NCBI GenBank assembly: GCA_029263395.1
Contig: JAJCXO010000208.1
Coordinates: 79,892-143,891 of the forward strand
DNA from: Acidobacteriota bacterium
Lineage (GTDB): Bacteria; Acidobacteriota; Thermoanaerobaculia; Multivoradales; J023
DNA: 64,000 bases
Direction: 5' to 3'
The notes below the pieces were generated by a model. That model worked only from the letters and a program-made list of their open reading frames with translations, was not told the DNA's origin and did not search any database. The translations under genes were made by a program, and so were the position numbers. This document shows positions 19,457-29,201 of this stretch, piece by piece. Each line of letters starts with the position of its first letter. The stretch's first letter is position 1.

Positions 19457-22400
19457 TTACTCCGCCCCCGGCGTAATCGGTCCAGCAGTCGCCCAAGGGC
19501 CTGCGATCTCGACCTTCTGCATACCTTCTCGAGCCCAAATTCGAGGGTCGTACATCGCTTCTGCCTCCACCGATGGGATAGTAAATCGGCCGGCAGTGAC
19601 AGCGCGAGCGGCGTAGACGACTTTACGAACCTCACCCTTCTTCAGGTGGCCGAAGAGTTCGATGCGATCATCACGTAGGTCGAGATGATCAACCTGCCAA
19701 AGCTGATCGGCGTCGAGCCAGCTGATGGCGGAGCCGCGGCCGAGGCGCGGATTCTCTATCTCCCAACCCGCGGGGATGCGGTCGACCAGGGCAATGTTGG
19801 AGATTCGCTCGGCACTGTTGTTGCGCAAGGTCAGCTCAACGTGGACAAGATCCCCCAGCGTCTGACCAAGGTTGAGGTCGAGCGGTTGCCCGGCGGCATC
19901 CAGGTAGCGTCGGGACAACAGCAAGCCTTCGCCGCCGGTACGCCAGTCTGGGACGGTGCGTACCCCTTCGCTGGCCAGGATCAAATAAAGCTTGCCATCA
20001 CCTATTGACGGTATGTCGAGCTCCAACTCTCGGTACTCGCTGGCCCGCACCAGGCTCCAGGTCCGGTCCGCCGTCTTGCGTTGGCTCGGCTGCGGGGTCA
20101 GGCGTTTGCCTTGGGCGAGGAGCTGTGGTGGATCAAAATCTTCGGCTCCGGCCTCGAGGTATTTGCCGAGGCCAGTGATGCCCCACACCAGCTCCTGGGT
20201 GGTATACCAGCGGCTGTGATGGCCCCGCAATCCCTCCGCCACGAGCTGAGCCAGGCTATCGCCGGCAGCATCGGAGCCGAAGAGGTCGGCGAACGTCGAG
20301 AGCATGAAGCCCCGACGTCTGCGATCAGAATAAAACGACCAGCCGTTGTCGCGGTGGTCACTGAGCGTCGACAGATCTGGACGTCTGAGCTGGTTCTCGT
20401 ACCGTTGGTCACCGGCTTCGTACAGTGCAGCCTGCAACATGTAGAGGTGCTCCCGCTGTTCCCGACGAGGGCTCTTCGGCATCTCCTGAATCAGTTTTTC
20501 GGCGCGTGCTTGCCGTGCGCGACCGGCCCGGGCGAGGACCAAGTGCATGTAAGGCTCGGAGTTGCTGCTGTACCAACTGTTGCGCTGACGTCCAGCTTCG
20601 AAGGTGTTGGTGATCTGCCGGTCCATCCAGTCGAGGGCATCATCGAGCCGCTCTTGCGTCACCTCGTATCCCAGTTTCTGGGCGTCGAGCAACAGGTGCG
20701 TGGCATAGGCGGTGCCCCAATAGGCGGGCTCGGAAGCCCCCGGCCAATAGGCGAATCCACCGTCCGGCGTTTGCATCGACAGCAGACGTCGTAGGCCATG
20801 CTGCACCATATCTTCGATGTTCTTATCGGCGAGAAGCGCCGGGTCGACGCTGTTGACGAAATTGGCGAGGTAGAGCAGTGGGCGAGTGCTGGAAGTGGTT
20901 TGTTCGAGACAACCGTAGGGATACCGCAGCAAGTGCTCGAGGTGAGAGAAGGTGTCGCCATAGGGATTGTTGGTGACCCAGATCGTCGATCGTTCGCTGA
21001 GGGGTACCCAGCCATCGAGTAACGGTGTCAGGTCGAGGCGGCCTTCTTCGAGCTCGATGCGTTGTACGCGTCGGCTTTTGGGGCCGGCGGGTAGCAACGG
21101 CACATCGCTGTGTTCTATCGATGTGTCCTGGCCCGAACGGGCCACGACCTCGAGCCGTGCCGCTCCCGACGATCTGAGCGCTCGGGTCCGAAAGACGACG
21201 GTGTCGCTGGCGCCGTGATCGAGGGTCAGGGTTCGACGGGTGGGCCCCACGATTTCGACGGGTGATGAGTTCGAGTCTAAAGTTCCGGCATCGAGCCCAC
21301 CGATGTCGAGGGCTGCGGCGCTCAGACTGACATCGATTTCGCGGCGAGTCCCCGAGACATTGGTGACGAAAACCGGGACCCGAATGTCGTCATCGCGAGT
21401 CAGGAAACGAGGCAAAGTGGCCTGCACCACCAATGGATCACGGACCGTCACCTGGGCGTCGGCGCGGGCCATCGAACGGCCATCGGCGGCTACTGCCATG
21501 ATCCTGAGTTCGCCCCGATACTGGGGCACCTCGAAGTCGACTTCGAGCTTGCCGGACGCCGGTACCTCCACCAACCCCGACCACAAGGCTACCGGTTTAA
21601 CGGGTTGCACTCGTCCCAAGCTGCCAGCGCCGTCACCGCCGGTAGTCGCCGAAGGCCCGGAGGGTGGCACCAACAGGGTCCACCCGATGGTCTCGAAGGT
21701 TTCGACCCCGAGGGCCCGCCGGGCGAAGATATCGCTGAATGGATCGGGACTCTGGAAACGGGTGAGGGAGAGTATGCCTTCATCGACGGCGGCAACCGTG
21801 GCATAGGTAGGTCCGTCTCCGGCACCGAGGTCGAGGGCAACCGTCAGCCGAGTGTTGGAGCGCACCTCCGAAGGTACATCGAGTTGGAGGGGACGGGTAA
21901 AGTCTCGTGGCTCGACGGTGACCGATTGAACGCCGAAGGCGCGATCGGGAAGGAAGGCCTGGGGCGAGTCGAGATGAGGGTCTTTGACCAGGAACGCGGT
22001 GACATAAACGTTGGGGGTGAACTCCTCGAGCTCAACCTGCCACACAGCATCGCCAGCGTCGACGTCCATCCACTCGCTGCGCAACAGTTTGTCGGTCTCC
22101 GCAGTCAGCAGGACTCTGCCACCATAGGGAACCTTGAAGTGCACCGGGAAGGGAGTACCAGCCTGAACCACCGGTGGAGTCTCGAGGGAGAGCCAGGCCG
22201 GGCGGCCAGGACGTGGTGTCAGGTCGACCTCGGTCTCGTCCGGTGCCCAGTAGTACCAGTCACCGTGGCCCTCGAGCTCGAGGTCGGTGCGGGCGGCGCC
22301 GGCCTGGGCCCGCACCAGAAAACCGACCGCGTCACGGCCCGGTTTCCAGGTGGCGCGGAACTTACCGTCAATGACCGACACTGAGGTCGACGACTCGGTC

Positions 22401-25132
22401 ACCGGCCGCAGGTAGCGGCGATAAGTCTCGTGGCCGCGAGTCTCGTCATAGGTCCAGCCGTATTCGGTTTCCAATCGAATGAATTCGAGCTCCACCGCTT
22501 CGGTCTCTCGGGACAAAGCGCCCTGCCAGTCGACGGTCACACCCTCCACCACCAGCTCGTTTCCAGCTCCGACTTTGGTTGTACCCGACATCAAACCGAT
22601 GTAGAAACTTTCGGGATGCACCGGTGCCGTCGCTTGATTGACGGTGGTCCGTCCGCTGCCGCTCTCAAAAACCGCAGCGCGGGCAACCAGTTCGGCAGGA
22701 CCACTGAAACCTCCGGCACGGCCTGCTCCGGGGCAGGAAAAGGTACCGGCCCCGACGTCGTCGAGTTCAGCGGTTATCGAGCCGAGCGCCAACGGTCGCA
22801 CCGGGCTATTCTCGGGGCGCCACACACCATAGTGGAAATTGCTGTTGCTCTCAGGCAGGAAATTGCTCGGGGCGATCTCGCAGCTGACTTCCACTTTGTG
22901 TTTTGCCGGGACGCCGCCGAACAGGTAGCGTGAGGCCACCGTTACTGCCATCGATTCGCCTAAGAGATACTCCGGGTCGGCGGTCTCAACCTCGACTTTC
23001 ATGCGCTCGGGGACAAACTCTTCAACCTGGAAGCGGTATTGGCCGATCGGGTGATCAGCAACCTCTAATTGGGCCTCATAACGACCGGTGGTGGCAAACG
23101 CTGCAAAATCGACGTCGAGTTCGACGAAGCCGGCGGCGTTGGTGGTTAGCGTAGTGCGCTTCAGTACCTTGCCGCGGGGATCGGTGAGTTTGGCGACCAC
23201 CGGCATGTCAGCTGGCGGCGCTAGATGATCGTGCTGGCGCACGATCGCTGCTAGATGGGCCGTTTCACCGGGCCGGTAAACGCCGCGGTCGCTGTACAGC
23301 GAGGCGCGATACTTTCGAGTTTCATCACCATAGGGTTCACCCGCGATGCGGGTCTCCTGCACCTCGGCCTCGAGCTCTGAGAACTTGAGATAGGTCAGAT
23401 CATCGTCGGCGATGGCGAGCAGAGCGAACGGGGAAGTTGGATCGAGCTCCTCGGCAGAGGCCTGCAGATCACAGCCGCCGTCGCGCCCAGTCTTACAGGT
23501 TGAGAGGGCGTAACCACTCTTGCGAATCAGTCGAATCTCAGCACCACGGACCGGTGCCAGGCTATCCATGTCCAGCGCCCAGGCGCGAACCGTTGGCCGA
23601 TTTTCGCCGCCCGAGCGTTTGGCAATCAGGTGAAGATCGGTCAGCAAGATACGGGCGGTGTCTTTGGCGGCTCCAGCTTCCACTCGCAGTTCGATCAATC
23701 CACGGGTTGTCGGTGGTACCAGCGAGGCCAGATCGACATAAGTTGTCGACTCGACATCGGTATCGCCCCCGAGTGCGATCTGTTGCCGTATAACAAGATT
23801 GCTGGTTCGTTCGCTGGCAGATTCGTCGCTGTCGTCTCCCATCCAAAAGACCAAATTCTCGGCCGGCACATGGCGGATCGACAGGGTGGCGCCGCTGACA
23901 TTGCGATGGCGGACCGGGAGTGAGGTCCAGGCAGTGCGGGGCAAGTAGCGACCCTTGGAGACAAAGCGAACAGTAGGACTCCGCGCCGGAACCGTGAAGT
24001 CCGTGCTGTAGGCCTCGTGGAACATGCCGCCGTCGGCGGTCCGAACCCCGGACTCGATCCGCATGTGATAGCTGCCTCGTGCAAAGTCACCAAAAATCCG
24101 AAAGCCGCCGCCCGCTGGCGACACCGTGTAGTCCACCGGTGGCTCGAAGTGAATCCCAAAGGCGGCATCGGCTTCGTTCGGTTGGCAGCGGGTTGAGACC
24201 TCGTAATACTCCCGCTGACTTCGGTCCCAGTAATAACGTCGGGAGCCGACCGAGGTGTCGTTGCAGATCACCTGGAGGTAGAACCCACTGGCGCCTTCAG
24301 CACGGTAGCTGGCGAGGATCTTGGCCATTGGCCCGACGCTGAGATCGGCAGACGCGGTGCTGTGGTCTGTGACCAAGTCGCCATCGAGCGCGCTCGGCAC
24401 TCCTTCGGACAGCGTCAAATCCAGGCGCCCGCCTCCCTGCAGACTGTTGCTAGTGAGCTGAGCAAGGATGATGTGGGGTTCTGGACCGGGTCCGAATCGC
24501 ACCTTGACATCGTGTCGAGCACGGCCGTCTTTGCCGATCACCGCGATGCGTGCCCGTTCCGCCACCTGTTTTGGATCGACCGCACTCGAAAAGATCAATT
24601 GCGCCTCGGCCCGTTTGCGCGGGTAGTCGATCGAGGTCAGCGAGAAGCGTGCGAAGTCGAAGTTGGGGGTGGTGAAGACGCGAACCCAGCGACCGGCTGC
24701 GGGAGCGGTGAGGACGCCCGCTGGTGTTTCGAGGGAGGTCAACTCAACCTCGTAGCGTGTGTTGGGGCGAAAGCCTCGAGTCGGCTGAAAGGTGAGTGTG
24801 GTCGGGCTCGTGAAGCGTAGCTGGCCTTCCAGGGTTGGTTCGATACGCAACTCTGTACCAGCGAGGGCCTGCCCGATCTGAGCCTCCTCGACAACCGGTT
24901 TTGCCAGCTCGATGACGATCTTGGTTGGACCGACACCAGACTCGGCAACTTCGCGGATGATCGGTGCCAGCTCTTCCGGGCTGAGTTTTGGCGGCGGTGA
25001 TGTCGCTGGGGCAGTGATCGACTCAGACGGAATCTGAGAAGTCGATTGGCTCTCGCTCGACGGCTCGCGGGAGCAGCCGAGGGCGGCAAGAGAGAGGCAG
25101 AGGGCCGTTATTGCTTTACGACATCCGAACAT
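19457..25132 (-). CDS. yfhM: Bacterial alpha-2-macroglobulin (YfhM-like lipoprotein)
   Basis: Lipobox ALGC; YSDRGVYRPGE, AAVDEGIL and thioester YPYGCLEQ motifs; C-terminal EAMYDP; canonical pairing with pbpC. Confidence 0.95.
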   Translation of the reverse strand: MFGCRKAITALCLSLAALGCSREPSSESQSTSQIPSESITAPATSPPPKLSPEELAPIIREVAESGVGPTKIVIELAKPVVEEAQIGQALAGTELRIEPTLEGQLRFTSPTTLTFQPTRGFRPNTRYEVELTSLETPAGVLTAPAAGRWVRVFTTPNFDFARFSLTSIDYPRKRAEAQLIFSSAVDPKQVAERARIAVIGKDGRARHDVKVRFGPGPEPHIILAQLTSNSLQGGGRLDLTLSEGVPSALDGDLVTDHSTASADLSVGPMAKILASYRAEGASGFYLQVICNDTSVGSRRYYWDRSQREYYEVSTRCQPNEADAAFGIHFEPPVDYTVSPAGGGFRIFGDFARGSYHMRIESGVRTADGGMFHEAYSTDFTVPARSPTVRFVSKGRYLPRTAWTSLPVRHRNVSGATLSIRHVPAENLVFWMGDDSDESASERTSNLVIRQQIALGGDTDVESTTYVDLASLVPPTTRGLIELRVEAGAAKDTARILLTDLHLIAKRSGGENRPTVRAWALDMDSLAPVRGAEIRLIRKSGYALSTCKTGRDGGCDLQASAEELDPTSPFALLAIADDDLTYLKFSELEAEVQETRIAGEPYGDETRKYRASLYSDRGVYRPGETAHLAAIVRQHDHLAPPADMPVVAKLTDPRGKVLKRTTLTTNAAGFVELDVDFAAFATTGRYEAQLEVADHPIGQYRFQVEEFVPERMKVEVETADPEYLLGESMAVTVASRYLFGGVPAKHKVEVSCEIAPSNFLPESNSNFHYGVWRPENSPVRPLALGSITAELDDVGAGTFSCPGAGRAGGFSGPAELVARAAVFESGSGRTTVNQATAPVHPESFYIGLMSGTTKVGAGNELVVEGVTVDWQGALSRETEAVELEFIRLETEYGWTYDETRGHETYRRYLRPVTESSTSVSVIDGKFRATWKPGRDAVGFLVRAQAGAARTDLELEGHGDWYYWAPDETEVDLTPRPGRPAWLSLETPPVVQAGTPFPVHFKVPYGGRVLLTAETDKLLRSEWMDVDAGDAVWQVELEEFTPNVYVTAFLVKDPHLDSPQAFLPDRAFGVQSVTVEPRDFTRPLQLDVPSEVRSNTRLTVALDLGAGDGPTYATVAAVDEGILSLTRFQSPDPFSDIFARRALGVETFETIGWTLLVPPSGPSATTGGDGAGSLGRVQPVKPVALWSGLVEVPASGKLEVDFEVPQYRGELRIMAVAADGRSMARADAQVTVRDPLVVQATLPRFLTRDDDIRVPVFVTNVSGTRREIDVSLSAAALDIGGLDAGTLDSNSSPVEIVGPTRRTLTLDHGASDTVVFRTRALRSSGAARLEVVARSGQDTSIEHSDVPLLPAGPKSRRVQRIELEEGRLDLTPLLDGWVPLSERSTIWVTNNPYGDTFSHLEHLLRYPYGCLEQTTSSTRPLLYLANFVNSVDPALLADKNIEDMVQHGLRRLLSMQTPDGGFAYWPGASEPAYWGTAYATHLLLDAQKLGYEVTQERLDDALDWMDRQITNTFEAGRQRNSWYSSNSEPYMHLVLARAGRARQARAEKLIQEMPKSPRREQREHLYMLQAALYEAGDQRYENQLRRPDLSTLSDHRDNGWSFYSDRRRRGFMLSTFADLFGSDAAGDSLAQLVAEGLRGHHSRWYTTQELVWGITGLGKYLEAGAEDFDPPQLLAQGKRLTPQPSQRKTADRTWSLVRASEYRELELDIPSIGDGKLYLILASEGVRTVPDWRTGGEGLLLSRRYLDAAGQPLDLNLGQTLGDLVHVELTLRNNSAERISNIALVDRIPAGWEIENPRLGRGSAISWLDADQLWQVDHLDLRDDRIELFGHLKKGEVRKVVYAARAVTAGRFTIPSVEAEAMYDPRIWAREGMQKVEIAGPWATAGPITPGAE

Positions 25133-25309
25133 CAGAATTCCTCCGGCGGCGTTGGGTAGGACAGACAGCCTCAGTCTATCGCCTTGTTGATGGCGACCTG
25201 ATGGCAGAACTTAGGCAATCCAAAGACTGAGGTAATAAAGTCAAACCTTCGGTCCGTTTTGTGCGTCCTATGGGGTGAGCGGAAACCTCTCGACAAGGAG
25301 AAAGATTCG

Positions 25310-26119
25310 ATGCGTAGCCCTTTCAAGACGTCATTCCATCGCACAAGTCTGTCGCTAGCCATATCCTTTGCCGCCTTCGGAGCGATCGCGGCTGTGCCTG
25401 CAGTCGCTGATGACTGTGACCATCGCGCACCCCGAGAAGACACCTTGGACGCTGCCGGCGTCAAGCTTATCGAGATCGATGCTGGCGCCGGTTTTCTGCG
25501 AGTTGAAGGTGTCAAGGGTAGTGAGGTGAAGGTTGTTGGCGAAGCCTGTGCCTCGAGTTCTAGCCTGCTCGAAGACACTCAACTCACGGTTCGACGATCC
25601 GGTGATCGTATCCGGGTGATTGCCGAAATTCCCGAAAGTAGCTGGGGGCGTTCGACGGCCCGCCTTGATCTCGACATTGAGGTGCCATCGGGTGTTGCGG
25701 TTGAGATTGATGACGGGTCTGGCGAGATCGAAGTCCGAGGCGTAGCGTCAGCCAATATCGACGATGGCTCCGGCGAGATCGAAGTTTCAGACATCGCGGG
25801 TGATCTGGAGATCGAGGACGGCTCCGGCGAGATCGATATCGAAGGGGTAGGCGGCGAAGTCCGTATCAGCGATGGTTCCGGTGAGATCGAGGTGCGCTCG
25901 GTGGGGTCGGTGCTGATTGAGGAAGACGGTTCGGGTGAGATCGATATCGAAGGTGTCGATGGCGATGTGATGGTGCGCAGCGACGGCTCGGGTTCGATTT
26001 CAGTGCGCGACGTCGAAGGTGACTTCACCGTCCGCCGTGACGGTTCGGGTGGTATCGATCACCGGGCAGTGGCGGGTCGGGTCGAGATCCCTGACGACGA
26101 CAAAGACCGTTGGAACTAG
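25310..26119 (+). CDS. Secreted beta-strand-repeat (DUF4097 / adhesin-like) protein
   Basis: AAGGAG RBS, signal peptide, many (I/E)DDGSGEIEV-type repeats. Confidence 0.85.
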   Translation: MRSPFKTSFHRTSLSLAISFAAFGAIAAVPAVADDCDHRAPREDTLDAAGVKLIEIDAGAGFLRVEGVKGSEVKVVGEACASSSSLLEDTQLTVRRSGDRIRVIAEIPESSWGRSTARLDLDIEVPSGVAVEIDDGSGEIEVRGVASANIDDGSGEIEVSDIAGDLEIEDGSGEIDIEGVGGEVRISDGSGEIEVRSVGSVLIEEDGSGEIDIEGVDGDVMVRSDGSGSISVRDVEGDFTVRRDGSGGIDHRAVAGRVEIPDDDKDRWN

Positions 26120-26131
26120 ATCGCAGGACCT

Positions 26132-26803
26132 TCAAGTCGGTGGGAGAACCATCTCACCTTCGACGGTGCCTTCGACCAGGATAGTCACCTGGTTGTTGGT
26201 CAGCTCGAAGGTGTCGGCATGACCGAGCACGGTCGATTCCGTCGGTAGTTTTGCGATCAGCCCAGCCATCTGAGCCGCCACCAGTCCCTTGAACGGGCCG
26301 TACAGCGGCAGATGGCCAACCCGCAGCGATTGCAGCTTCAAGGACGACGCGTTGTTGCGGGTCTGTTCGTCGAGCGCTTGGCTTGTGACACGGGCCTCGA
26401 ACACCAGCGGCACGATCAGCATACGACCGGTGACATACAGCGTCGCCGTCCCGGCTTCGAGATCAACGTCGAGGTCAGTAAGTCCGAGGGTGAGTCCTTG
26501 CGACTGCTGTGAGTGTTGGTTCTGGCCGACCAAGCGGTCGAGATGGGCATTGATCTCGAGCTCGCTGAGCTCTCGGCGGACCGTATGCCCGGTGGCGACT
26601 GCCATCGCGAGAGTGCCGAGCTTACGGCCGCAGTTTGCGGCCGCCTCAGTGTTGTTCTCGGCGTCGGCTCGTTGCACCGTAACGACCGGCGGCCACAACG
26701 CAAGGCCGACTATCGCCAGCACCACCACCGAGAGCCCGGTGCGCAGGGCGCGCCGTCGCCACGGCGATGGCGCGTCCTCGAGAGCGTAGCCTGCGGAATC
26801 CAA
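26132..26803 (-). CDS. Hypothetical membrane-anchored protein
   Basis: One N-terminal TM helix followed by a beta-rich domain; co-oriented with the upstream lipoprotein gene. Confidence 0.65.
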   Translation of the reverse strand: MDSAGYALEDAPSPWRRRALRTGLSVVVLAIVGLALWPPVVTVQRADAENNTEAAANCGRKLGTLAMAVATGHTVRRELSELEINAHLDRLVGQNQHSQQSQGLTLGLTDLDVDLEAGTATLYVTGRMLIVPLVFEARVTSQALDEQTRNNASSLKLQSLRVGHLPLYGPFKGLVAAQMAGLIAKLPTESTVLGHADTFELTNNQVTILVEGTVEGEMVLPPT

Positions 26804-26821
26804 GAATCGATCGCCGCTGAA

Positions 26822-27517
26822 TCAGGGGACGTTGGGCGGATCGCCCGCAAAGCGTTGCAGATCGGCCAGATCAGACATCAGCTCGGCATGGAAAGCCAGC
26901 AACGTCTCCTTCGCTTTGTCTTTGAGCTTGACGCGTTCTGGGCAGTCTTTACAGTTGATCCGGTTCTGGTCGAATTCGACGATCAAGTCCACCGTCTCGG
27001 CCAGCCGTGTCGCGACCCGCTCGCGCCGTGCTGCTTCGTCCTCACGTTTGGCACGCTCCTCGCTTACCGTCTGGTCGATGGATGCGCTGATCGCCCGGGT
27101 ATCAGCACCCACCGATTCCAGCGCCTTGTGAGTCGCGTTGAGCTGTAGCTTGATGTCTTTGTTGTCCTCGGCTAGCTGGCCGAAGCCCTGCATCACGGTG
27201 GTGAAGTAGTCGTCCAAGTAGTCTGTCACCTCGCCCTGTACCTGTTCTGGAACCAGCGAGATGATGCGGTCGCGTTCGGTGTGGAACTCATTGAGGGCCA
27301 CCGGGAGGGCCTCGGTCACCGACGCTTCGACCTCGGTCCAGCGGTTGGATGCACTATCGAAACGTTCCTCCCATGCGATCACCGACGCTTCCAGCTTCAG
27401 TTTCTCCTGTTCGCAGGCCGCAAGCTGTGCCTGAGCCGCTTCCAGATCTTCTTTGGATGCGCAGCCGACGCCCAACAGCGCCAGTAGCAGGACCATGGTT
27501 ATCAATTTGTGTTGCAT
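26822..27517 (-). CDS. Coiled-coil lipoprotein of unknown function
   Basis: Start placed at MQHKLITMVLLLALLGVGC (lipobox, GGAG RBS). The longer 525-aa track ORF extends antisense into the next gene. Confidence 0.75.
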   Translation of the reverse strand: MQHKLITMVLLLALLGVGCASKEDLEAAQAQLAACEQEKLKLEASVIAWEERFDSASNRWTEVEASVTEALPVALNEFHTERDRIISLVPEQVQGEVTDYLDDYFTTVMQGFGQLAEDNKDIKLQLNATHKALESVGADTRAISASIDQTVSEERAKREDEAARRERVATRLAETVDLIVEFDQNRINCKDCPERVKLKDKAKETLLAFHAELMSDLADLQRFAGDPPNVP

Positions 27518-27710
27518 CGGAACTCCCTTGGTGGGTGTCAGCAGCGATCGAAACGAATCCGTGGCCCGCGGGGCCGACTCGGCAGTGCAGGGCGAGGGCC
27601 TGCGACCGAATGAACAAGAATGGTAACCTCTACCGTTGTGGTTTGTCTCGAACCTCGACTTTGCGTGTAGAAAGACATCAGCATGATGATCTGACCCGGA
27701 GGTTGTATTT

Positions 27711-29066
27711 ATGGTTGAATTCCTTACCTTGTTCTTGGGATTGGTCAGCGGCATCCAAACGATTGAGGTTTCGGTCACAGAAGATGTTGCCGCGGTAGAG
27801 CTGATGCTCGACGGTGAGGTTGTAGCAGAGATCGATGGCGAGCCTTGGCAAGCTGAGGTGAATCTTGGCGCGGATCTCAAACCCAGGATACTCGGCGCTA
27901 TCGCCCGCAACACCGATGGCATTGAATTGCATCGAACCGAGCAGACCATCAACACGGCCCAGTCCCGGGCGTTCCTGCGCATTGTGCTTGGTCGGACGCA
28001 ACCGGACGGCACGCGGGATGGGCGTTTGGTGTGGGTATCGGCCGAGAATGCCAAGCCGATCCGTGTTGCGGTCACTTTAGATGCTGAGCCGCTCGAGGTT
28101 GTCGCCAATCGCGCCTTCAAGCTGCCATTTGGCGAGCTGGATCCGACCCAGACCCACATCATCAATGCACAAGCCGATTTTCCTGACGACTCGGTGGCCA
28201 CCGCCACAGTATTACTCGGTGGACGATTTGCCGACAAGGTGGTATCCCAATTGACCGCGGTGCCCGTGGTGTTGTCACCGGGTGCAAACCTGCCGGGGAT
28301 GGAGCGGATGTCAGGTTGGCTGAAGAAGGGCGACCAACCCCTCGAGATCGTAGCGGTCGAGGAGCGCTCGGCGGAGGTCATCGTCGTTCGCGATCGCAAC
28401 AGCTACAACAGGCTGATCGATCTTGCGTACCGTTTTCGCGAGGCGCGACATCGGGCAGTAGGAACCCTCGGATCCAATCGCTCTGTACGTCTACTCAAGG
28501 CCACGCCCGTGCGTGATGCAGAATCCGCCGATCAATCCATCCTCTTCGACCGATTTCCGCTCTCGGAAGCGTTGAGTGAGGGATATGGTGGTGTTCCCTA
28601 CATCCTTGGCTCGCGGTTCTTTCGTGATCGCTTTTCAGCGGGCGGAGCTGATGGCCACGGCAAGCGCTCTAGGCTCGAGCAGCCGCAGCGCCTGGCTGAT
28701 GCTGTGGCCAATGCTGGCGTGTCAGCATCGGCCAGCGGATTCCTGCGGGCAGTTGTTTTGGTGCTCGGGGAGAATCCCGAAGATGGAAGCCAATGGTCGG
28801 CGTCCACGGTTCGCAGGTTCCTGACTACCATGGGGGTGCCATTTTATGTCTGGTCGACGCTCAGCGAATCGCGCCAGGCAACCGTTGGAGCTCCGGAAGG
28901 GTGGGAGCCGATCCAGGATATTTCGACTCATCCGCAATATCTCGAAGCGGTTGGCCGGTTGTCGAAGGACCTCGGGGAACAGCGGGTTTTGTGGGTGAGC
29001 GGCGAACATTTTCTGCATGATATTCAGCTCGCTTCCCATGCCGAAGGCGTGCGAATGGTGCAGTAG
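27711..29066 (+). CDS. Hypothetical exported protein (Ig-like N-terminus, possible degenerate VWA-like C-terminus)
   Basis: GGAGG RBS; N-terminus MVEFLTLFLGLVSG; 'RAVVLVLG...GVPFYVW' pattern suggests a Rossmann/VWA-like fold (inference). Confidence 0.65.
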   Translation: MVEFLTLFLGLVSGIQTIEVSVTEDVAAVELMLDGEVVAEIDGEPWQAEVNLGADLKPRILGAIARNTDGIELHRTEQTINTAQSRAFLRIVLGRTQPDGTRDGRLVWVSAENAKPIRVAVTLDAEPLEVVANRAFKLPFGELDPTQTHIINAQADFPDDSVATATVLLGGRFADKVVSQLTAVPVVLSPGANLPGMERMSGWLKKGDQPLEIVAVEERSAEVIVVRDRNSYNRLIDLAYRFREARHRAVGTLGSNRSVRLLKATPVRDAESADQSILFDRFPLSEALSEGYGGVPYILGSRFFRDRFSAGGADGHGKRSRLEQPQRLADAVANAGVSASASGFLRAVVLVLGENPEDGSQWSASTVRRFLTTMGVPFYVWSTLSESRQATVGAPEGWEPIQDISTHPQYLEAVGRLSKDLGEQRVLWVSGEHFLHDIQLASHAEGVRMVQ

Positions 29067-29201
29067 TGCCCTGTTTGTTAGCGAGCTTGGGGCTTTGACG
29101 GCCTGTGAAACCTCAAAGCATTGAAGACAAGTAGTTTGTCGATTCTTATGGCAAGGTGTTCAGAGTTGAATCATGTCGTGCTCGGCTTCGTATACTGAGG
29201 C

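Noticed and set aside
19429-19635. N-terminal extension of pbpC overlapping alpha-2-macroglobulin
   Set aside because: It overlaps the upstream CDS; an ATG with RBS at 19428 precedes the TM anchor.
26822-28399. 525-aa minus-strand ORF as a single protein
   Set aside because: Its first ~290 codons are mostly antisense to the 27711-29066 gene; the real gene starts at the lipoprotein signal at 27517.
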